DNA of 64,000 bases, taken from positions 1 through 64,000 of IMG/VR virus record IMGVR_UViG_3300015371_000015; one strand, written 5' to 3'. The DNA comes from a virus. Position numbers and translations under genes: made by a program. The notes under the pieces are model-generated. The model was not told where the DNA came from. It saw only the letters and a program-made list of their open reading frames with translations, and did not search any database. Shown here piece after piece: positions 18,827-27,400 of this stretch (position 1 is the first letter of the stretch; each line of letters starts with the position of its first letter).

Positions 18827-21174
18827 CAGATGATGTCAAGCCGGATTTCAGTGGCTACGCCACCAAGAGCGACCTCCAGTGTGCCGATGGACGGACCATC
18901 CTTCGGGGCGCCTTTGCTCACCAGAACGGTGAGCGCGTTCCACTCGTCTGGGGGCACGGTCACGACCGCGCTACCAACGTGCTGGGGCATGTGCTTCTGG
19001 AGAACGTGGAGGATGGGGTTCGCGCGCACGCGTTCTTCAACAACACGGTCGACGGACAGCACGCCAAGGAGATGGTCAAGCACGGTGACGTGCGGTGGCT
19101 TTCCATCTTCGCCAACCAGCTCAAGGAGAAGGCCAAGCAGGTTTCACATGGCTTCATCCGAGAGGTGAGTCTCGTCCTGGCTGGGGCCAACCCCGGCGCA
19201 ACGATCGACAACCGACCCGCGGAGGAGTTCGCTCACGGGGACGATGGCGAGTATTACTACGACGAGGCAGACATCACGACCGGTCTCGAGATCGAGGTGC
19301 CCGAGATGGCCCTTGCTCACGCGGCTGGTAGTGGTACCGCCACGAAGAAGGAGACCGACAGCAACTCAGGCAGTGGTAAGTCCCTGGAGGAGATCCTGGG
19401 CACGCTGAACGAGGAGCAGTCCAACGCGGTCGACTATCTTCTCAGCCAGGCGCTTACGCACTCTGAGCAGAGTGCCGAAGCCGACAGTGACGCCGAGGAC
19501 GAGGGCGATGCTGACGCTGGTGAGGCCGAGGGAGAGAACACTGAGGGCGCCGCCGGCGCTGAGGGTGAGGGCTCCGAGGGCAATGCTGAAGGCGAGAACG
19601 CCGAAGGCACCGACAACGCTGAGGGCTCGGAAGGTGACGGTAACGGCACCGAGGGCACCGAAGGCACTGACAACGCCGAGGGCGCTGAGGGCGACGGCAA
19701 CGCCGCTGAGAGTGTCCAGAGCACTGACAATGCTGAAGGTACCGAGGGTACCGAAGGCGCTGAAGGAACCGAAGGCGGCAACGCCGAGGGCAACACCGCT
19801 GCTGGCGACAGTGTCCAGCACGACAACAACTCTCAGGAGGACAACAGCATGACGCACAACGTGTTCGATCGGTACTCGGCGACCGGCGCCGCCGGCGCCA
19901 CTGGCCCGACTGCTGCTCACACCCAGGTCAAGCTCGGTGAGGATGTCATCAAGGGCATCATCGAGCACGCGGACGAGGTCGGCTCGCTCAAGAAGGCGTT
20001 CAAGGCCTTCATGCGTGACACCGGCGTCACCGTCGACGGTGAGCTGAAGCACGGCATCGAGAACATCGACTACCTCTTCCCCGACGCGAAGCTGCTGGAC
20101 AACAGCCCGCAGTTCCTCTCGCGCCGGATGGAGTGGGTCGACAAGGTTCTCTCCGGTGTCCGGAAGCAGCCTTACGGTCGCATCAAGTCCGTCTCCGCGG
20201 ACATCACGATGGAGGAGGCCCGCGCCAAGGGTTACATCAAGGGCAACATGAAGAAGGAAGAGTTCTTCAAGCTGTCCAAGCGCGAGACCACCCCGCAGAC
20301 CGTCTACAAGAAGCAGGCGCTGGACCGGGACGACGTGATCGACATCGTCGACCTGGACGTCATCGCCTGGATGAAGGCGGAGATGAAGGTCATGCTCGAC
20401 GAGGCCATCGCCGAGGCCATCCTCTTCGGTGATGGTCGCTCCAACGGTGACGAGGACAAGATCCGCGAGGACAAGATCCGCCCGATCGCCACGGACGACG
20501 AGCTCTACGCCACCACGGTGAACGTCAACCTCGACGACTCCAACAGCTCCATCGAGGAGTTCGTGGACGTCGTGATCGACAACCGCCAGTACTACAAGGG
20601 CACCGGCTCGCCGACCTTCTTCACCACCGAGGCCACGGTCTCGAAGTTCCTGAAGCAGAAGGACGGCTTCGGGCGTCGGATCTACGACGACATCACCGAC
20701 ATCCAGAAGGTGCTGCGCGTCTCCGAGATCGTCACGGTCGAGTCGATGGAGCGCGTTCCGGACCTGGTGGGCATCATGGTCAACCTGGTGGACTACACCA
20801 TCGGTACCGACCGTCTGGGCGCCGCGACGATGTTCGACGACTTCGACATCGACTACAACAAGCTGAAGTACCTGATCGAGACCCGCCTGTCGGGTGCTCT
20901 GGCCAAGCTCAAGTCGGCCCTGGTCTTCCGCTCGGTGCCGGCCGCTTCGGTCCTTCGTGAGCCCCTGGCTCCTGACTTCGACGGCACCACCGTGACGGTT
21001 CCGACCGTGACCGGTGTGGTCTACAAGGACGGGCAGGGTAACACTCTGACCACCGCTTCGCCGGTCGCCCTTGACCCGGGTGAGCAGCTCCACGTCGTGG
21101 CCACTCCTGAGGCGGGCTCGTACTTCGAGAACAACGCTGAGGACGAGTGGGACTTCGTGGGCGAAGAGGCCTGA
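18823..21174 (+). CDS. prohead protease - acidic linker - major capsid protein fusion
   Basis: DFSGYAT, VPLVW.H.H, LSI.AN, EVSLVLAGANPGA protease motifs; EG/AEG-rich linker; HK97-type capsid C-terminal half. Confidence 0.9.
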   Translation: MTDDVKPDFSGYATKSDLQCADGRTILRGAFAHQNGERVPLVWGHGHDRATNVLGHVLLENVEDGVRAHAFFNNTVDGQHAKEMVKHGDVRWLSIFANQLKEKAKQVSHGFIREVSLVLAGANPGATIDNRPAEEFAHGDDGEYYYDEADITTGLEIEVPEMALAHAAGSGTATKKETDSNSGSGKSLEEILGTLNEEQSNAVDYLLSQALTHSEQSAEADSDAEDEGDADAGEAEGENTEGAAGAEGEGSEGNAEGENAEGTDNAEGSEGDGNGTEGTEGTDNAEGAEGDGNAAESVQSTDNAEGTEGTEGAEGTEGGNAEGNTAAGDSVQHDNNSQEDNSMTHNVFDRYSATGAAGATGPTAAHTQVKLGEDVIKGIIEHADEVGSLKKAFKAFMRDTGVTVDGELKHGIENIDYLFPDAKLLDNSPQFLSRRMEWVDKVLSGVRKQPYGRIKSVSADITMEEARAKGYIKGNMKKEEFFKLSKRETTPQTVYKKQALDRDDVIDIVDLDVIAWMKAEMKVMLDEAIAEAILFGDGRSNGDEDKIREDKIRPIATDDELYATTVNVNLDDSNSSIEEFVDVVIDNRQYYKGTGSPTFFTTEATVSKFLKQKDGFGRRIYDDITDIQKVLRVSEIVTVESMERVPDLVGIMVNLVDYTIGTDRLGAATMFDDFDIDYNKLKYLIETRLSGALAKLKSALVFRSVPAASVLREPLAPDFDGTTVTVPTVTGVVYKDGQGNTLTTASPVALDPGEQLHVVATPEAGSYFENNAEDEWDFVGEEA
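19470..19810 (+). repeat. low-complexity Glu/Gly/Ala/Thr coding repeat (scaffold-like linker)
   Basis: repeated EGTEG / TDNAEG / EGDGN units. Confidence 0.7.
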
Positions 21175-21183
21175 TAGATCCCG

Positions 21184-21516
21184 ATGGCGCGCTTCTTCGG
21201 CAAAGTAGGGGTTGAACTACCCGGAACTAATGTCGACGGTGTGTGGACGGCACCGGTTGAAGAGCGTGACTATTACGGAGACGAGATCAGCGCATTGCGT
21301 TCGCTTGAATCGTCCGACAAGGTCAATGATGACTATCGGTTGCAGAACCGAATCAGCATCGTGGCCGACGTGGGCGTTGATCTCGTCTCCAAAATCAAGT
21401 ACGTCTCGTTGCATGGGACTAAGTGGATCGTAAACTCAGTCGAGTACGATCGCCCCCGTCTCATCCTCTCGCTGGGAGGTGTATACCATGGCCCGACCCC
21501 GGATAATTCTCCATGA
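21184..21516 (+). CDS. head-tail joining protein (stopper)
   Basis: MARFFGKVG...YYGD...N.ISIVAD...KW.V..VE...PRLIL.LGGVY; synteny. Confidence 0.7.
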   Translation: MARFFGKVGVELPGTNVDGVWTAPVEERDYYGDEISALRSLESSDKVNDDYRLQNRISIVADVGVDLVSKIKYVSLHGTKWIVNSVEYDRPRLILSLGGVYHGPTPDNSP

Positions 21517-21799
21517 GAAGCTAGCAATAGCTCTGGGCAACCGCGATGAAGTGCACTTCCAGCCTCCTGAGGATGCCAAGATGGGGGACCCATGCATTGT
21601 GTATGAGCGAGACGATGCTTCTATCGATTACGCGGACAATCTCCCGTATCGGGACGCGCTTCGCTATCAGGTCACGCTCATGACCAAGAATCCGGACAGC
21701 GACGTCTATAAGGAGCTTCAGAAGCTTCCTTACTGTCGTTTCCAACGGCACTTTGCGACGTCCGGTCTCAACCATGACGTCTTCGTGATTTACCACTAG
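21488..21799 (+). CDS. tail terminator
   Basis: V.FQPP......PCIVYE, YQVT....PDS, LNHDVF.IY; synteny. Confidence 0.7.
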   Translation: MARPRIILHEKLAIALGNRDEVHFQPPEDAKMGDPCIVYERDDASIDYADNLPYRDALRYQVTLMTKNPDSDVYKELQKLPYCRFQRHFATSGLNHDVFVIYH

Positions 21800-21812
21800 G
21801 AGGAATCCAAGC

Positions 21813-22688
21813 ATGACTAAGCTCACTTGGGACCAGACCGGCCAGCGTCTCTACGAGACCGGCGTCGATCACGGTGTCCTGTACATCCCGGACGTTTCGG
21901 GTAACTACTCCGACGGAGTGGCCTGGAATGGTCTGACCACGGTCACGGAATCGCCTTCGGGCGCCGAGGCCAACGCCCTGTACGCCGACAACATCAAGTA
22001 CCTGAACCTGGTCTCCGCGGAGGAGTTCGGCGCGACGGTCGAGGCGTACATGTACCCGCCGGAGTTCGGCCAGTTCGACGGCACGGCTATGCCCGTCGTC
22101 GGTCTGTCGGTCGGTCAGCAGGCTCGCAAGATCTTCGGCCTGTGCTACCGCACCCGCCTCGGCAACGATGTCGAGGGTTCGGACTACGGCTACAAGCTGC
22201 ACCTCATCTACGGCGCCCAGGCGGCTCCGTCGGAGAAGGCGTACGCTTCCATGAACGACTCGCCTGAGGCGATCACGTTCTCGTGGGAGCTCACGACGAC
22301 TCCCGTATCGGCCGGAGACGACCTCAAGCCGACCTCCCAGATCGTCATCGACTCCACTCAGGTGGACTCCGACACTCTGGCGGCTCTCGAGGTCATCCTC
22401 TACGGCTCGACCGGCGTGGAGCCCCGGCTTCCGCTGCCCGAAGAGGTCATCGGCATGTTCACCGAGACGCTGCCGACCGTCGAGACCGTGGAGCCGAGCT
22501 ACAACGCGGCCACCGACACCATCACCTTCCCCGACGTCACCGGAGTGATCTACTCGGTGGGCGGCGTGGACAAGGCGCCTGGTTCGACCATGGTCATCAC
22601 CGAGGACACCGTTGTCGAGGCACGTCCGGCTGCCGGTTTCCGGTTCACCGAGACCTCGGACAACGACTGGACGATCGAATACAGCTGA
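21813..22688 (+). CDS. major tail protein
   Basis: L.WD..G.R.YETGVD.GVLY, AWNGLT.VTESPSGAE, YKLHL.Y. Confidence 0.9.
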   Translation: MTKLTWDQTGQRLYETGVDHGVLYIPDVSGNYSDGVAWNGLTTVTESPSGAEANALYADNIKYLNLVSAEEFGATVEAYMYPPEFGQFDGTAMPVVGLSVGQQARKIFGLCYRTRLGNDVEGSDYGYKLHLIYGAQAAPSEKAYASMNDSPEAITFSWELTTTPVSAGDDLKPTSQIVIDSTQVDSDTLAALEVILYGSTGVEPRLPLPEEVIGMFTETLPTVETVEPSYNAATDTITFPDVTGVIYSVGGVDKAPGSTMVITEDTVVEARPAAGFRFTETSDNDWTIEYS

Positions 22689-22718
22689 TCGTCTGCGAAC
22701 TAGAAAGGAGACCGGGGG

Positions 22719-23237
22719 ATGCTTCGGATTTCACTACCGCGGACAGAGTTTGTCAGCGAGCTCGAGTTGGAGCTGGAGCATTCCCTGGTCTCTCTTTCAA
22801 AATGGGAGTCAATGTACGAAAAGCCTTTCTACGGCAAAGAGGACAAGACACCCGAAGAGACCAAGACTTACATTCGCCAGATGATTCTAACTCCAGATGT
22901 GCCTGACAACGTCGTGGAGCGCTTCAAGACCGAACACTACAATCAGGTTACTGAGTACATCAACTCCAAGCAGACCGCTACATGGTTTTCGGAGATGCAG
23001 GAGCCTAAGCGTGGACAGCCGGAGGCCATTACGGCCGAGCTGATCTACTACTGGATGATCTCATTCCAGATTCCGTTCGATCCTTGCGAGCACTGGCACC
23101 TCAATCGTTTGATGACCTTGATCCGAATCGCTGGTATCAAGCAGGCCCCGCCTAAGAAGATGGGCAAGGCGGAGTGGGCTGCCAAACAGCGTGCGCTGAA
23201 CGAGCAACGACGTCAGCAGATGGGATCCTCCGGCTAA
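22719..23237 (+). CDS. tail assembly chaperone
   Basis: LEHSLVSLSKWES, ITAELIYYWM, WHLNRL.TLI; position after major tail gene. Confidence 0.75.
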   Translation: MLRISLPRTEFVSELELELEHSLVSLSKWESMYEKPFYGKEDKTPEETKTYIRQMILTPDVPDNVVERFKTEHYNQVTEYINSKQTATWFSEMQEPKRGQPEAITAELIYYWMISFQIPFDPCEHWHLNRLMTLIRIAGIKQAPPKKMGKAEWAAKQRALNEQRRQQMGSSG

Positions 23238-23253
23238 CCAGAAAGGGGTAACC

Positions 23254-24045
23254 GTGACTCGTTTGAACTGGAACAATCCAGAGGCTCGAATCTTCGAAGT
23301 GGGCCTAGACCGCGGTGTCCTCTACCCCAAGAGCGCTCCGGCAGTGGCTTGGAACGGGCTGACCGGCGTGGACGAAAACGGCGCTGAAAGCTCCAAGGTG
23401 TACTACCTGGACGGAAGGCCGTACCTGATCGTCCCTACGCCCAAGGAATACCAGGCCACTCTCAAGGCATTCACCTACCCCGATGCTTTCTCGGAGATCA
23501 TGGGACTGGTGGAAGCCACCGACGGCATGTACGTAGACTCCCAACAGGGAGACGCCTTCGACTTGTCGTACCGAACTCTGATCGGCGATGCGAATCAAGG
23601 GTTGGAGGCGGGCTACAAGATCCATCTTGTCTACAACGCAATCGCGGCCCCTCAGGGCAACAGCTACAGCACTATGGGTAGTTCAGTGGATCCCTCGGAG
23701 TTCTCCTGGGACATCCAGGCGTATCCCATGCCTCTGGTTGGCTACCGCTCGACCGCGCACGTCGTGATCGACACCCGTCATATGGACCAGTACAAGCTTG
23801 GAGAGATCGAGGAACTCCTTTACGGCACTGACGCCGCTGAAGCATCCATTCCCGAACCTCAGGTCGTCTTCGACACCCTGAACCACGGTGACGCGATCAT
23901 CATCACCGACAACGGTGACGGTACCTGGGAGGCTTCTGGTTCCTACAAGAACGTGCACCTCATCGGAGACGGCATCTTCGAGATCGAGAACGTCAACGGC
24001 ACCGACAACGGCGATGGTACCTTCACCATCAGTACTACGCTATGA
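23254..24045 (+). CDS. second major-tail-protein paralogue
   Basis: GLDRGVLY, AWNGLT.V.E, YKIHLVYN motifs shared with 21813-22688. Confidence 0.8.
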   Translation: MTRLNWNNPEARIFEVGLDRGVLYPKSAPAVAWNGLTGVDENGAESSKVYYLDGRPYLIVPTPKEYQATLKAFTYPDAFSEIMGLVEATDGMYVDSQQGDAFDLSYRTLIGDANQGLEAGYKIHLVYNAIAAPQGNSYSTMGSSVDPSEFSWDIQAYPMPLVGYRSTAHVVIDTRHMDQYKLGEIEELLYGTDAAEASIPEPQVVFDTLNHGDAIIITDNGDGTWEASGSYKNVHLIGDGIFEIENVNGTDNGDGTFTISTTL

Positions 24046-24443
24046 GTCGGGGTTCAAACACTGGCGTCGGCCTCACATTCAGTGGGAGCACCAAACGGAC
24101 GCAGAAGTTCCTAGACGATCTTGCCTCTGGACGTACGGTGTTGGACGGCATCGAGGCACTTGCTCAACAGGGCGTGAACGCTCTGTCGTCCGCCACCCCC
24201 GTAGCCTCCGGTCAAACTGCTGCATCTTGGTCGTATGAGATCGAGCGCGGCAAGGGAGCTATTCGCATATCTTGGATCAACACGCATGTCGTGAACGGCG
24301 TCAACATCGCCGTGATTCTACAGTACGGCCATGGAACTGGAACAGGAGGTTACGTCGCCGGAAGAGACTACATCAACCCTGCCATTAAGCCGATCATGGA
24401 CAAGATCGCAGACGAAGTGTGGAAGAAGGTGACCAGCTCGTGA
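24042..24443 (+). CDS. HK97 gp10-like tail completion protein
   Basis: ATPV.SG.TA.SW, ILQYGHGT.TGG.V.G.DYINPA. Confidence 0.75.
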   Translation: MSRGSNTGVGLTFSGSTKRTQKFLDDLASGRTVLDGIEALAQQGVNALSSATPVASGQTAASWSYEIERGKGAIRISWINTHVVNGVNIAVILQYGHGTGTGGYVAGRDYINPAIKPIMDKIADEVWKKVTSS

Positions 24444-27400
24444 GCAGCGTAGACGACCGCATTGTCAACATGCAGTTCAACAACAAGCAATTCGAGTCTG
24501 GTGCCACCCAGTCCCGAAAGACCCTCATGGGCCTCGAAGGCGCGATCGCTAAGACCGGTCAGTCCAAGGGTATCTCCAATCTCGGCGCTGCGGCGACGGG
24601 TGTTGGTAAGAAGTTCTCTGTCATGCAGGTGGCTGGCGTCACTGCGGTGGCTACGATCGCCAACAAGGCGGTCAACGCCGGCCTCAGTCTCGTCAAGAGC
24701 CTGACGATCGACCCGATCCTCCAGGGTTGGGATGAGTACAACACCAACCTGAAGTCGATCCAGACTGTTATGGCGAACACCGGCAAGGGCATCAAGCCCG
24801 TCCAGGGCGCGCTTAAGCAGCTGAACAACTTCTCTGACCAGACCATCTACAACTTCTCTGAAATGGCCAAGAACGTCGGTACCTTCACGGCCGCCGGCGT
24901 CGGTCTGAAGCAGTCGGTCTCAGCGATCAAGGGTATCGCCAACATGGCGGCGCTGTCGGGCTCGAGCTCACAGCAGGCCTCTGGCGCGATGTATCAGCTC
25001 TCTCAGGCAATTGCTGCTGGGCGAGTGAACCTCCAGGACTGGAACTCTGTGGTCAACGCTGGTATGGGTGGTAAGAACCTCCAGAAGGCGCTGATCCAGA
25101 CCGGTACTGCGATGGGCACGATCGATGCTAAGACGGTCAAGTGGGGCAAGAACATCAAGATCGCTGGTCAGTCCTTCCGAGAGTCGATCTCGGCCAAGGG
25201 AGGCGCTGCGCCATGGCTTACTTCTGATGTTCTGACCAAGACCCTGGCTCTCATGGACGGTCGTCTCTCGAAGACGGCTATCACGGCCAACATCATGGCC
25301 AAGGGCCAGCACACCATGGCCGAAGCCACGAAGATGGCGGATGAGCAGATCAAGGCGCAGCAGAAGACTCTTGCGAAGCAGGGGTACAACAGGGAGCAGA
25401 TCAAGTCCCTGACTTCTATGGCAGATCGGGCTTATCAGTCAGCGACCGTGGTCAAGACTCTGCCGCAGCTTATGGGCGTGGTGAAGGAATCGATCGGTTC
25501 GGTGTGGGCGAACGCCTTCTCTGCGATCGTCGGTAACTTCAACCAGTCCAAGAAGATGTGGACGGCTGCTGCAAACTCCATCTCGAACGTGATCAAGGGC
25601 TTCAGCATGAGGCTCAACAACGCGATCGTCATGTGGAAGAGAGGCATCGACGGGATCGGCGGAAGGTTCGCCGTCATCGAGGGCTTCAAGGCTGTATTCA
25701 AGACAATCGGCTCGATCCTTGGTGTGGTGGGCAAGGCCTTCCGCGATGCGTTCCCGCCTGGCGGCGAAAGCACTCTTGCCAAGATCTCGATCGGGTTCAT
25801 GCACCTTGCTCAGGCACTCGTGCCTAGTGAGGCGACCTTGAAGAGCCTGCGAAGCATCTTTGGCGGCATCTTTGCTGTCCTGCACATCGGCGTCTCACTG
25901 GTCACTGGCATTGCTGCCGGATTCAAGGCGCTCTTCGGCGCTATGTTCGAAGGATCCGGACAGGCTGGCGGCGGAGTTCTCGCTCTACTGGGCAGCGTCG
26001 GCGAGCTTCTGCTCAAGATCAATGAGATGCTCACCGGTGGCGGCAAGATGAAGGACTTCTTCGTCACTCTCGGCACCGCAATCGGCACGTCTCTGCATCC
26101 GGTGGTAGCCATCGTCAGCAGCGTTGTGGGAGCCATTGGCGCCCTTGGCGGTGTTGGTGGCGGACCTACAGCGTTCTTCGAGTCGATCCAGTCCTCCCTA
26201 GGTGGGCTTGCCGGCGTCGGAGACAAGGTCACCGCGGTGTTCACTTCCATCAGCGCATCGTTCAAGTCACTCGATCCAAGCAAGGTACAGGCTGCATTCG
26301 GCACGATCGGCAACATGGTCGGTCAGTTCGCCGGCGAAGGCGCCAAGATCGCTACCGGTCTCATCACTGGGCTGGTACAGGGTCTGGCTGGAGCAGCTCC
26401 TGCTATATTTGCCGCTATCGGCTCGCTTGGTTCATCGATCATCGAGGGCATCAAGAGCGCGCTTGGCGTGCATTCGCCCTCCTACAAGATGATCCCCGTC
26501 GGTGCTGGTCTGATTGCAGGACTGATCATTGGTATCTCTGGAGGCATCGGCGAGGCGCTCAGCGCTATGGGCACCATTGCCAAGAAGATGTTCCAGGGGT
26601 TCATCAACATGTTCAAGCAGCTCTTCAGCGGCATGAACTCGCTCGACATCGCGTCGATGTTCAACGCACTTCTTACCGGTGGTCTTCTGCTCAGCATGAA
26701 GAAGGTCTCAGACACCGTTCTGGACTTCAAGAAGATCATCAACGACGTGGTCGGCGGCTTGACCAACTCGCTCAAGGCGATGCAGCAGGGCGTCAAGGCT
26801 TATGCCATCAAGCAGATCGCAATCGGTGTCGCGCTCCTTGCGGCATCTGTTATCGCGCTGTCGTTCATCGACCCCAAGAAGATCGCTATCTCCATCGGTG
26901 CCATCGGTGCTATGGTGGGCATTCTGGTTGGGGCTATTGCCGCGCTCGGCAAGCTCGCCAAGGGCGAAGTGAATCTCGCTCTGATTGGTGCAAGCATGAC
27001 GATGATTGCTGCGGCAGTCTTGACTCTTGCCGGCGCAATCGCAATCCTGGGCAACCTGGACATGATGACGCTGGTCAAGGGCATTGGCTCTCTGGCGTTC
27101 ATCATGGGCATTCTGACTGCGTCTTTGGCTTTGCTGTCGAAGGCGGGAAAGACGTCTCTGGGTGTTGGTCCGGCCGTTCTCGCAATGGCCGTGGCAATCA
27201 ACATCATGGCGGTAGCAGTTGCTGCTCTGGGCATGATGGACATGAGTACTCTAGCCAAGGGGCTTGGCGCAATGGCCATCGGTCTGGGACTTATGGTCGG
27301 CGCGCTGATGATCCTTTCATCGGGAACATTGATGAAGCAGCTTGTAGCATCTGGTACAGCTCTGGTCCTTGTCGCTACATCGTTGACTATTCTTGCTGGC

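Noticed and set aside
19366-21093. Long minus-strand ORFs (also 26800-28161, 42682-43605, 51580-52662, 54749-55906)
   Set aside because: Antisense shadows of GC3-rich plus-strand genes, with no RBS or recognisable motifs.
22719-23237. Programmed frameshift in the tail assembly chaperone
   Set aside because: No clear slippery heptamer with a downstream overlapping frame was found; the next gene is a tail-tube paralogue.
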